From a bacterium (GTDB lineage: Bacteria; Patescibacteriota; Andersenbacteria; UBA10190), in contig NZCO01000007.1 of the NCBI GenBank assembly GCA_002686445.1, positions 5,483-69,482 of the forward strand: a DNA stretch of 64,000 bases. The letters are read 5' to 3'. The notes below the pieces were generated by a model. That model saw only the letters and a list, made by a program, of their open reading frames with translations, had not been told where the DNA came from and made no database searches. The position numbers and the translations under genes were made by a program. Below are positions 7,179 through 15,716 of this stretch, one piece after another. The first letter of the stretch is position 1. The number at the start of each line of letters is the position of its first letter.

Positions 7179-9203
7179 ATGACGGTATCGAAGCAAATTA
7201 TAGCCACCGTATTATTGGGTTTATTGGCTTTTAGCCTGCGTTTTCCCGGCGCAGGCTCATTTACGACAGTTGATGAGTTTAATTGGATGGGACGCAGTCA
7301 AACCTTTTGGCACGAGCTATTCTACGACCGGGACATAGGAGGCACGTTTGTCACCAGTCACCCTGGAGCTACGGCCACGTGGTTGGCCGGTGCAGGTATC
7401 TTTTGGCAAGAAAATCAGTTGGGCCAAGAGTTTAGTGCCAACAACGTGGCCCATTTCCGACGCTACGCCACCGCGCCAATTGTGCTGACTATCGCCGTTC
7501 TGATTGCTGTGGTTACAGCGCTGGCCATTAGCGTCTTTGGTTTAGTGCCGGGAATTATCACTGGGCTCATCTTGGCAACTGAACCGTATCTGATCGGGAT
7601 GGGACAAGTGGTGCATTTGGATATGTTGCAGGCCTTGTTCATGCTCACCGCGCTGCTGGGCGTCTTACGCATGCGCGTCGACAAACATCGCAAATGGATT
7701 TGGTTGGTGGGCGTTATGTTTGGTCTCGCACTGGCTACCAAGATGGTGTTGGCATTGTGGCTACTACCATTCATTGGCTGGCCCTTGGTTACTGCGTTGG
7801 CCCTTCGTCGAGGGCGAAACGCGATTATCGTAGAAGTTAAACGAGTATTCACTATTATCGTGCTGGGAGTAGTAGCGCTGGCTATACTTTGGCCAGCCTT
7901 GCTCGCGCAACCTGATTTCCAGCTGGGGTATATCTCACGGGATACCGGGAGCGTGATCACTCAAGAACATGTCGCCCTGTCAGCGGGTAGCGACCCGATC
8001 GCTCCTTGGACATTCTATGCGCGTACGTTCCTGGCTCGTAGTTCACTACTTGTCCTCGCTGGTACTCTGGCGGCTGTGCTCGTGCTCGCCTATCGTCGCC
8101 AAAAATCATGGCAGTGGCACGACATAGGCACAGTTTTACTCTATTTATTGGGCTATCTTATTGCGATTAGTTTTGCGGCCAAAAAGGCTGATCGCTATGC
8201 CCTGCCTGCCCTGGCTGCATTGCCGCTGCTCGTTGGCTGGGTAGTTGCCTTATTACTGCCGATAGCGACCGTTCGTATTAAGCAGTTACGTACTGCCAAG
8301 CAAACCACCGTAGTGGCGATTGGCGCTATTTTGGTTATTGGTCTGGCGAGCGCTTGGCTCTGGCTGCCACACGCAATTGCGTACAATAACCCGCTGTTCC
8401 CTGACCTGCGCTCACGGTCACAGCAGGGCTGGGGAGAAGGCCTTGAGGATGCGGCTGCTTGGCTCAATCAATTGCCGGATGCTGAACAGATTCGTGTCGC
8501 CTCCTGGTATCAGTCTGCCTTTCGCGCTCACTTCAATGGATTAACCACCTCGTTGTCCGCGCGTGATGATTATCGCGTTACCTACCTCGTGACGTATCGC
8601 AACATGGGCGGTCGCGCGGGGGATACGCTCGCCAGCGATGTGCTTGATGAGTTTAAGAACCAAACACCCGTTCATGTGGTGAGCATCCGGGGACTAGAAT
8701 ATGCCTGGATATATAAGCTGAATAATGTGGGTGAATATATCAAGACAGCAGGAGAATTAACTACCGGGGTGGAGCACGGTCAAACTATTACTGTTGAGGA
8801 CGACGGCTGGAGCTTCATGGAGATCGGCTTTGCTACCTATGGTGACCGGGCAAATACAGAAGATGTGCTGGTGCATATCAGACAGAGCATCGCTGATACC
8901 AGAGATATTCGAACCATACGGATACCGGTTGCGGATATCATCGATAATAAGTGGCACGAGATTGAGTTTGAGGAAATCCAAGATAGCGGTAACAAGACAT
9001 ACTACGTCGCTATTACCAGTCCTACAGCAACGGCGGGGAACGCGATCACCACTCGATACACCGATTCCGACATTCAGTCGGGCCAGCTGTTCATTCGTCG
9101 GCATGCTCGCCGGTTAGGAGAAGACCAAGCCCAGTATCTGCGTGCGGGAGACTTAGCTGTCCGCGTGCCGTACTGGCAGTTTATTACGCACGATACGCAA
9201 TGA
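7179..9203 (+). CDS. GT-C fold membrane glycosyltransferase (ArnT/PMT-like) with C-terminal soluble domains, paralog A
   Basis: 674 aa. N-terminal TM, then FTTVDEFNWMGRSQTFWHE (DE motif loop), then ~12 TM helices. The C-terminal region contains the conserved block QQGWGEGLEDAAAWLNQLPDAEQIRVASWYQSAF...YLVTYRNMGG...EYAWIYK (shared with 9200 and 21091) and the ~95-aa beta-module (GQTITVEDD...ITSPTATAGNAITTRY). Its end overlaps the start of the next gene by 4 nt. Confidence 0.6.
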   Translation: MTVSKQIIATVLLGLLAFSLRFPGAGSFTTVDEFNWMGRSQTFWHELFYDRDIGGTFVTSHPGATATWLAGAGIFWQENQLGQEFSANNVAHFRRYATAPIVLTIAVLIAVVTALAISVFGLVPGIITGLILATEPYLIGMGQVVHLDMLQALFMLTALLGVLRMRVDKHRKWIWLVGVMFGLALATKMVLALWLLPFIGWPLVTALALRRGRNAIIVEVKRVFTIIVLGVVALAILWPALLAQPDFQLGYISRDTGSVITQEHVALSAGSDPIAPWTFYARTFLARSSLLVLAGTLAAVLVLAYRRQKSWQWHDIGTVLLYLLGYLIAISFAAKKADRYALPALAALPLLVGWVVALLLPIATVRIKQLRTAKQTTVVAIGAILVIGLASAWLWLPHAIAYNNPLFPDLRSRSQQGWGEGLEDAAAWLNQLPDAEQIRVASWYQSAFRAHFNGLTTSLSARDDYRVTYLVTYRNMGGRAGDTLASDVLDEFKNQTPVHVVSIRGLEYAWIYKLNNVGEYIKTAGELTTGVEHGQTITVEDDGWSFMEIGFATYGDRANTEDVLVHIRQSIADTRDIRTIRIPVADIIDNKWHEIEFEEIQDSGNKTYYVAITSPTATAGNAITTRYTDSDIQSGQLFIRRHARRLGEDQAQYLRAGDLAVRVPYWQFITHDTQ

Positions 9204-11170
9204 AGAGGTCGATCGGCGTTTTTATCGTCCTGGCGATCACGCTCGTAGCCCTGGTCGTTCGGTTGCCGGGGTTGGGAACGTTTATGACTGTCGACGAAGA
9301 ATCCTGGATGCTACGCAGCGGTGAGTTTTGGCACAAACTCGTACAACAAGGTGATCCAGGAGGGACGTTCTTGACTACGCATCCCGGAGCCACCACTATG
9401 TGGTTGGCGGGTGCGGGAATCGCGGCGCAGGAAGCGCGCCTAGGTTTTAACATCGATACGTCGAACTTACGACACTTCCGACTAGCGGCGACCTTGCCCA
9501 TTGCGATTGCCACCTCGCTGCTTATCGGGCTGATAACGCTGTGGCTCGTTCCTGTTATAGGTAAGCCGCAGGCGATAGGAGGCGGCGTGGTGCTGGCTAC
9601 AGCTCCCTTTTTGACGGGTCTGAGTCAAATTGTGCACCTTGATGCCTTGTTGGCTTTGTGTATGGTCGGCAGTCTGGTCTGTTGGTTAGGCTTTATGCAT
9701 GATGGACGATGGTCTCGCGCTATCGGCGCTAGCGTTTTAGCAGGCCTGGCGCTGGTTACGAAGTTCATAGTAGCGAGCTGGCTTGTTCCCGTGCTGGGAC
9801 TCATCGCGCTATGGCACGTACGTCGGGACCTTGCATCATTCTGGCCCTGGTTGGTTCGTGTGGTTGGTTTGGCGCTGGGCATCACGGTGTTGACTGCCTT
9901 CATAGCCTGGCCGGCACTATGGGAAAAAACTGACCTGACTGCATCGTTTGAACGAGACATCGCAAACGTGGTCACGCAGGAGCACACTGCATTAGAAATC
10001 AGTCGTGACCCGATTGCCCCAGCTAGTTTCTACCTGCGTACCGTGGCCGGGCGGGTACCGATCCACACGTTATTACTACTGGCCGCTGCAGTTGTTGTGT
10101 CAGTTCGAGCTTTGCGACAGCGCCAGGGAAAGAGCGCGCCACTTGTCTGGTTCCTGATATATGCAATTGGTTTCTTAGTCCTTCTCACATTTGCAGCAAA
10201 GAAGGCTGACCGCTATGCGCTGCCGGCGCTGGCTGCCTTCTCGGTGCTCGCCGGTTGGCTTGGGACCGCGGGCTGGTTACATCTTGCAGCCCGCTTTGGT
10301 TGGACAGCTCGCTGGCGCAGTATCAGCGCCGGAATACTCGTTCTCCTACTGGTGGCCGTCCCGCTGCTCATCTCTCCGCATGCCAGCGCCTATATGACAC
10401 CATTCGGGCGATCCGTACTGCCACTGCCGCAGCAAGGCTGGGGACAGGGTCTGGAACAGGCAGCTACTTGGCTCAATACGCACCCGCTGGCTGATCAAGT
10501 ACGCGTCGCGTCCTGGTATCCGTCAGTCATGCGTGCCTACTTTAACGGGGAAACGTTTAGCTTAAGCTCTCGCCATGATGATCGCGTTAGCTATATCGTT
10601 ACCTACCGCAACATGGAGGGTAGGGAGCAAGACGACATAGCCAGCAACGTATTGGACGAACTGGTAGAGCGCCTACCAGTGCATGTGGTGAACGTGAATA
10701 ACGTTCCCTACGCCTGGATTTATAAAACAGACAGTCTGGTACTGTATGACCGAAACATTGGAGAGCTGACTAATGACGTACTAGTAGGGCAAACGTTCAC
10801 ATCGCCAACAGCCTCACTGAGTGCAATCGATATAGGCTTTGCTACTTTTAGCAGCAGGGCTAATACACAGGACGTGATCGTAACTTTGTACAATGGTATT
10901 GGCGGAGAGACGCTGCGAACAGTGGTAACTTCGGCAACCGATATTGAGGATCGTTCTTGGCACCGCTTTAGCTTCGAGCCACTTACTGTGGAGGCGAGTA
11001 GGGAGCTATATATCACCGTGACTAGCCCGACGTCCACGCCGGGTGATGCGGTGACGGTATTGTATGCCAATGCGGATATTGCTTCAGGTTCGATGCAGCA
11101 GCAGCGTGCTGCAACGAGTGAACTAAAGACATCACTAGGCGCTGATATTGCCTACCGGCTGTACCCGTAA
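9200..11170 (+). CDS. GT-C fold membrane glycosyltransferase (ArnT/PMT-like), paralog B
   Basis: 656 aa, collinear with 7179-9203: FMTVDEESWMLRSGEFWHKL, many TM helices, QQGWGQGLEQAATWLNTHPLADQVRVASWYPSVMRAYFNG...YIVTYRNMEG...PYAWIYK, then the beta-module VGQTFTSPTASLSAIDIGFATFSSRANTQDV...TSPTSTPGDAVTVLY. Confidence 0.6.
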   Translation: MKRSIGVFIVLAITLVALVVRLPGLGTFMTVDEESWMLRSGEFWHKLVQQGDPGGTFLTTHPGATTMWLAGAGIAAQEARLGFNIDTSNLRHFRLAATLPIAIATSLLIGLITLWLVPVIGKPQAIGGGVVLATAPFLTGLSQIVHLDALLALCMVGSLVCWLGFMHDGRWSRAIGASVLAGLALVTKFIVASWLVPVLGLIALWHVRRDLASFWPWLVRVVGLALGITVLTAFIAWPALWEKTDLTASFERDIANVVTQEHTALEISRDPIAPASFYLRTVAGRVPIHTLLLLAAAVVVSVRALRQRQGKSAPLVWFLIYAIGFLVLLTFAAKKADRYALPALAAFSVLAGWLGTAGWLHLAARFGWTARWRSISAGILVLLLVAVPLLISPHASAYMTPFGRSVLPLPQQGWGQGLEQAATWLNTHPLADQVRVASWYPSVMRAYFNGETFSLSSRHDDRVSYIVTYRNMEGREQDDIASNVLDELVERLPVHVVNVNNVPYAWIYKTDSLVLYDRNIGELTNDVLVGQTFTSPTASLSAIDIGFATFSSRANTQDVIVTLYNGIGGETLRTVVTSATDIEDRSWHRFSFEPLTVEASRELYITVTSPTSTPGDAVTVLYANADIASGSMQQQRAATSELKTSLGADIAYRLYP

Positions 11171-11193
11171 ACTTTCCACAATAAAACCATTGC

Positions 11194-11208
11194 GGCCAAT
11201 AATTGGCC
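11194..11208. promoter_or_regulatory. Perfect 15-bp palindrome GGCCAATAATTGGCC upstream of orphan gene 11282
   Basis: Read directly from sequence, about 75 nt upstream of the ATG at 11282. SD AAGGAGAAGAGG immediately precedes the start. Confidence 0.4.
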
Positions 11209-11281
11209 TGGTAAACTGCTAAACGGCCTTGAAGCAGGGTGCACATTTCACTTGGACATTCGTCCATAAGGAGAAGAGGCA

Positions 11282-12289
11282 ATGGATGTGACGCAGCTTT
11301 TAGAGCGACCGAGTCGTAGTACTTCCAGGGTGACCAGGAATCGTTGGTCTAGTCGGAGGCATACAGCGAAGGATCGCCGTCCGACGACGATTGGGTTTGG
11401 CGACATGCAGTTTGCCACCGTGCAAGGTGCCGTCGACGCGTTTGAGTATCCGCTGGTAGGGATCGCCCACCAGGACATCAGCGTGCCGAAGGCAAGCGCG
11501 ATGGCCACGCTGCGCGAAGCACTGCTGCAACGCTACACGGGACCAGAGTGTTGGCGTGGACTGTGGTGGTTAACGTGTCGTAACCAGCCCGCTTTGTTCG
11601 ACCAGTACACGGTGGTTACTATGCCCAAGCCAAGCAACGCGATCGTGGCTGGCAATCATGTGTTCCAGATGGAGTGGAACGCAACTGGAGTTGACGCTCG
11701 CGACATGCACAGTCTGCGTCCTGACCAGCGTGGTCAGGTGCATGGTGCTATCAATGATGGGAAGCTTCGTTTTCCGGTCAATGAGTTCGACCATGTCCTC
11801 ATGCGACCCGTCTTTGCCGAAAATAACGGTCGGCTGGGCGCGTTAATGAGTGTGGCTGCCGTGCAGCGCGAAGCGCAGCGAATGGAAAGCGCGTTGCACA
11901 ACTTCTGTTACTACCAAGGACCGTTTATCAGGATGGCCCGAGGTACTCGTTCCGCCTGGTCGTACTCGCGCAACTTAGTGGGTCGTCTGGGAGTGGAGTC
12001 GTTGGAAGCCGCCGAGTTTATTGGCATGACAGTTTCTGACATTAGCGAAGCACGTATTCAGAGACGCATGCGCATGTTGGCTCGCATGATGGACCCACGG
12101 GAATATCTCTGGGACCCAATCTGGGCCGTGAGCATCCCGCAGTGGCGACCAGCACAAGGTGGCAGGCGCTGTCCCCTTGTCTACGGCCGCCGCCGGATCG
12201 ACTACTTGTGCCGAGTCGTGCACTGGATAGACGACTGGTTCAACGTCGCGACCATCCGCACCGCAGACGAACTGGCGGGCGTCGCCTAA
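11282..12289 (+). CDS. Hypothetical protein with Arg-rich N-terminus; no recognisable family
   Basis: 335 aa ORF with a strong SD (AAGGAGAAGAGG) and its own downstream terminator. The N-terminus RPSRSTSRVTRNRWSSRRHTAKDRRP is highly basic. No TM segments, no motif I recognise. Confidence 0.5.
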   Translation: MDVTQLLERPSRSTSRVTRNRWSSRRHTAKDRRPTTIGFGDMQFATVQGAVDAFEYPLVGIAHQDISVPKASAMATLREALLQRYTGPECWRGLWWLTCRNQPALFDQYTVVTMPKPSNAIVAGNHVFQMEWNATGVDARDMHSLRPDQRGQVHGAINDGKLRFPVNEFDHVLMRPVFAENNGRLGALMSVAAVQREAQRMESALHNFCYYQGPFIRMARGTRSAWSYSRNLVGRLGVESLEAAEFIGMTVSDISEARIQRRMRMLARMMDPREYLWDPIWAVSIPQWRPAQGGRRCPLVYGRRRIDYLCRVVHWIDDWFNVATIRTADELAGVA

Positions 12290-12295
12290 GCTCTT

Positions 12296-12332
12296 GCCCC
12301 CGTATCTCTACCGAGAAACGGGGTCTTTTTTT
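12296..12332 (+). terminator. Rho-independent terminator after 11282-12289
   Basis: CCCCGT(a)TCTC-tacc-GAGA(a)ACGGGG extended hairpin at 12298-12323, followed by TCTTTTTTT at 12324-12332. Confidence 0.65.
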
Positions 12333-12386
12333 GCCACGTAGACGGCTCGACCAACGACTGAGCCGTTTATCGGCTATACTGACCGG

Positions 12387-13823
12387 GTGAAGCTGCAAGA
12401 GCTGCTTAAAGGCAAGAGTGTATTTCTGATAATGTTTATCGCGTTTCTTGTCGCGAATGGCGCGTACTTACATCGCGTGCCGGGCTTAATGGGAGACGAA
12501 GCATCGGAAGGTGAAAATGTGTTTGAGTTACTACAGAGCGAGACGATTACCCTAACCGGCGAGCGTTCATACATTGGCCCGGCCCCAGACTACCTGCGCG
12601 TACCCTTTATCGCGGCCTTTGGGTACTCAGCCCTTGCACTACGAATACCACTGTATCTAGCTAGCATAGCCACGTTTTTACTAACATGGAGTATTTTTCG
12701 GCGCCTATTATCCAAAGAAACGGCGCTGCTGGTTCTCGCAGTGGCCTTCTTCTCGCCCACCTACTTAAGCTACCAGCGACTAGGGTGGGCTATTACCCTC
12801 TTTCCCTTATTTGCTGTACTGATTATCTGGTTACTGATGAGCCACTGGCGGCACCGTGCCGTACTAGCGGGATTCGTCGCCGGTATCGGATTACACACAC
12901 ATATTATGTTCCTGCCGACGCTCGCGGCCATCGCGGCAGTCTGGGTTGTCGTTGAACTGGTGCGCTCCGGCGCGATTCGTGAACGTACAAAGCGGGTCTT
13001 AGCTTGGTGGCCAGCCATTATCGGTTTTTGGGCCGCCTTTGCTACCCAGTTCGTGATCCTGCTGCAATTTACTGATGACCAAGGTGATCCGGGCGCCGTG
13101 GGGGAGCTGATCAGCGATCGCTTTAAGGACTTGCCGGACATCTTACCACTTGTCATCTCAGGCTCATCGTACGTGGCGCGCTACACTGGCCTCGAATTCG
13201 CCCCGGGTATTTTGCTCACCGTGACTGGTATCGTTCTGGCCCTGAGTGTATTGGGGCTCGTTCTGGGTAAACACAGAAAAATCGCGTGGCTCTGGTTGTT
13301 GGGAATAGCTATGCACTTGGTAGTGCTGATGTACATGATAGACCGGTTTACCCTCCGCTATTTCGTGATCTTCGTGCTCGGACTGTGGTTGCTGGCTGCC
13401 ATTGGGCTGGGGGTTGCAATGGCCAAGCTACCAGATCGCTGGCGTCAGTTTACGCCGCTGGTCGTGGCGCTCGCACTCCTGCTGTGGTCAGCGGCAGCAA
13501 TGCTTGCGCCGTTTTTGCGCACTGGCGGCAGTGTGGCTGATTTCTCACTCGGCAATCGCACGAATAGTGCGGCTGCGCTCGTTGACACCAGGCCGCTGGT
13601 GACGTGTCTACGAGGGGCTGGTTCAGTTACCAGTGAAGGCGTTCATATCTTCAATCGACTGCAATACTTCAGTCACCAGTACAGCAACCTTGAAGTCTTA
13701 CCAGAAACCCAAAAAAATACCGCAGACTTTCTCGTGCACTATCGGCAGGAAGGTAGCCCCGAGGTTTCTGCGAAGCAGGAGTTGTGCCCCGACCTCAACC
13801 ACTTTATTGTCGAGCGCAGATAA
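12387..13823 (+). CDS. GT-C fold membrane glycosyltransferase (ArnT/PMT-like), shorter paralog without large C-terminal domain
   Basis: 478 aa. GTG start. N-terminal TM, then loop RVPGLMGDEASEGENVFELL (DE motif), then ~11 TM helices, with the R/K-rich loops typical of GT39/83-like enzymes. Confidence 0.5.
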   Translation: MKLQELLKGKSVFLIMFIAFLVANGAYLHRVPGLMGDEASEGENVFELLQSETITLTGERSYIGPAPDYLRVPFIAAFGYSALALRIPLYLASIATFLLTWSIFRRLLSKETALLVLAVAFFSPTYLSYQRLGWAITLFPLFAVLIIWLLMSHWRHRAVLAGFVAGIGLHTHIMFLPTLAAIAAVWVVVELVRSGAIRERTKRVLAWWPAIIGFWAAFATQFVILLQFTDDQGDPGAVGELISDRFKDLPDILPLVISGSSYVARYTGLEFAPGILLTVTGIVLALSVLGLVLGKHRKIAWLWLLGIAMHLVVLMYMIDRFTLRYFVIFVLGLWLLAAIGLGVAMAKLPDRWRQFTPLVVALALLLWSAAAMLAPFLRTGGSVADFSLGNRTNSAAALVDTRPLVTCLRGAGSVTSEGVHIFNRLQYFSHQYSNLEVLPETQKNTADFLVHYRQEGSPEVSAKQELCPDLNHFIVERR

Positions 13824-13827
13824 CTAA

Positions 13828-15678
13828 CTACTTCCCGAGGTTGCTAATTCGCGGGTAGATCAGGAGTCCCACCGCCAGCAGGAGGGCTAAGAGGGTGACC
13901 ATCTGCCCAAAGACAAAGCCGGGAGGCGCATAGGTAAAAGTGAGCGTGTGTGATCCGGCTGGGATGGTGATGGCCAGTTGATTTTTTATCTCGATAGCGG
14001 GATTCCCGTTTACTTCCCAGCCTCGAGCGTAATTCGCGTTTACCATAACGTCAGTCGACTCAACGGAGGCGACTTGTGCCACAATCTTATCTGGCTCCCA
14101 GCGCAGCAACGTGGCGGTGCCATCCGGCGACCGTGTGCGCACCAGAGCTTGTGGTTCCTCGGTCTGTTCGACAGTCGCGACGGATGGAGGTGCTCCCAAA
14201 ACCGTGCAGTATGCTTGTGTGCCGTAGTTGGCCAGAGTCGCTGCGTAGGCGCGGCTGTGGTCTACGCCATCCTCATCACGAATTTCGTATCGGGCAAAGG
14301 TGTGTTGCAGTGGTTCTTGCGCAGTAGTAGCACTGACCGTAGGCAGAACGGTAAACGCCTGTTCTGAAAGGGGCTGCGTCAGGCTGCCCAGGTCAGTAGC
14401 CACAACACCTAGGGCGATAACGGCGACGATGCTCGGGATCACTACGTTGAGCTTATACTTTGGTGAAATGACGCTAGCTAGTAGTTGGCGCAGCCTGTCT
14501 AAGCCAATACCGGCTAACAGCGCTAGTGGTAACACCGTGAACAACACTAGGCGAGACACGTTTGAACGGGGTAAGAAAGATGCCTGGTCGAAGAGCGGCT
14601 TTAAGAGCGGGCCCGATGAGGAAATAGCGATTGCGATCAGACCAGCCACGAGCAGCAGTTTGATTACACGTGACCGCTTTATTCGGGTGAGCGCTAAGGC
14701 CGCGAGCGCTAGTACAAGTGGCCCCACATACGCGCCGTACTCGTGCCAGCCACTTCCCTGATTGGGAATGACCTCACTGCCGTGCAAATACCGACCGAGG
14801 AATATTTCTGGCAGGGATGTGAGAGTGGACGCTGAGCTGGCGTAGGACTGGTCCTGAAATTGCGTTAGCCACAGCAGTACGGGAACAAGCTTGAGCGCCG
14901 CTAAGCTTAGGCCCCACACGCCGGCCGTCACCGTTACACGCAGTGCGTCCACTCGTCGCCGTACCACAGCCAGGAGGAAGATAAACGCTCCAGCCGTATA
15001 CATAAGCAAATAAATGCCACCTTGTAGGAACGTTGCGGCTAAGAGCACACCAGTTAGTAAAGACCAAAGCCGTGAGTGCCGTCTATTACCGTTACTGCTT
15101 TGATACGCAGCCAGCCAGCTCCAGAAAATCCACGGGATGTACATGACCGCGAATACATTGGGGTGGCCCTCCACCAGCTCGAGAATAGTGACGCTGCCGA
15201 AGCTAAAGGCGAGAGCGGCGAGTAATCCAGCTAGTGCCGATAACTTGAGCCGATGCGCGAGCGCCAGCATGCCTAAGGCCCCGATGGCCGTGGTCACCAT
15301 TGCGGCCAACCGCAGCCCAAACGGTACGCCGTAGAGGAGCTCAAGTAAGAACGTCGGTGTGAAGAACGGAAACTCGGGGTCGCCGACGGCGGTGGTGCCA
15401 CCACAGATGTATGGGTTCCAGGTGGGGACGGTGCCGTACGTTAGCGTCAGGTCACGTACGACCTCGTGGTAGGAGAAGTAATAATCCCAGTCGGAAATTC
15501 CCCACTGCCCGTTCGGTAAAAAACCGACCAACATGATGGGAGTAACAATAATGAGAAGTAGGCCGGCCACTACCCAGCGGTAGCGAGGCAATAGTGCTAC
15601 GAGCAGAGCGCCTAAGGCGACTACGACGCCAACAGTTAGTGCGAGCGGAGTTAGTAAGTCGATCCAGGGTGAAACCAT
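13828..15678 (-). CDS. YfhO-like polytopic membrane protein
   Basis: 616 aa. N-terminal region ...DWDYYFSYHEVVRDLTLTYGTVPTWNPYICGGTTAVGDPEFPFF... is followed by many TM helices. The C-terminal domain ends YARGWEVNGNPAIEIKNQLAITIPAGSHTLTFTYAPPGF (YfhO-type beta-domain), then a C-terminal TM. Confidence 0.55.
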   Translation of the reverse strand: MVSPWIDLLTPLALTVGVVVALGALLVALLPRYRWVVAGLLLIIVTPIMLVGFLPNGQWGISDWDYYFSYHEVVRDLTLTYGTVPTWNPYICGGTTAVGDPEFPFFTPTFLLELLYGVPFGLRLAAMVTTAIGALGMLALAHRLKLSALAGLLAALAFSFGSVTILELVEGHPNVFAVMYIPWIFWSWLAAYQSSNGNRRHSRLWSLLTGVLLAATFLQGGIYLLMYTAGAFIFLLAVVRRRVDALRVTVTAGVWGLSLAALKLVPVLLWLTQFQDQSYASSASTLTSLPEIFLGRYLHGSEVIPNQGSGWHEYGAYVGPLVLALAALALTRIKRSRVIKLLLVAGLIAIAISSSGPLLKPLFDQASFLPRSNVSRLVLFTVLPLALLAGIGLDRLRQLLASVISPKYKLNVVIPSIVAVIALGVVATDLGSLTQPLSEQAFTVLPTVSATTAQEPLQHTFARYEIRDEDGVDHSRAYAATLANYGTQAYCTVLGAPPSVATVEQTEEPQALVRTRSPDGTATLLRWEPDKIVAQVASVESTDVMVNANYARGWEVNGNPAIEIKNQLAITIPAGSHTLTFTYAPPGFVFGQMVTLLALLLAVGLLIYPRISNLGK

Positions 15679-15716
15679 AGGAACAGTATCGCACTAGGCT
15701 GATCGCCAATCAACAA

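Noticed and set aside
7463-10494. Antisense or internal ORFs in the two tandem GT-C genes (7463-7960-, 8195-8467-, 8757-9104-, 8794-9117+, 9184-9513-, 9625-9987-, 10191-10494+)
   Set aside because: Fully overlapped by confidently called long CDSs. No independent signals.
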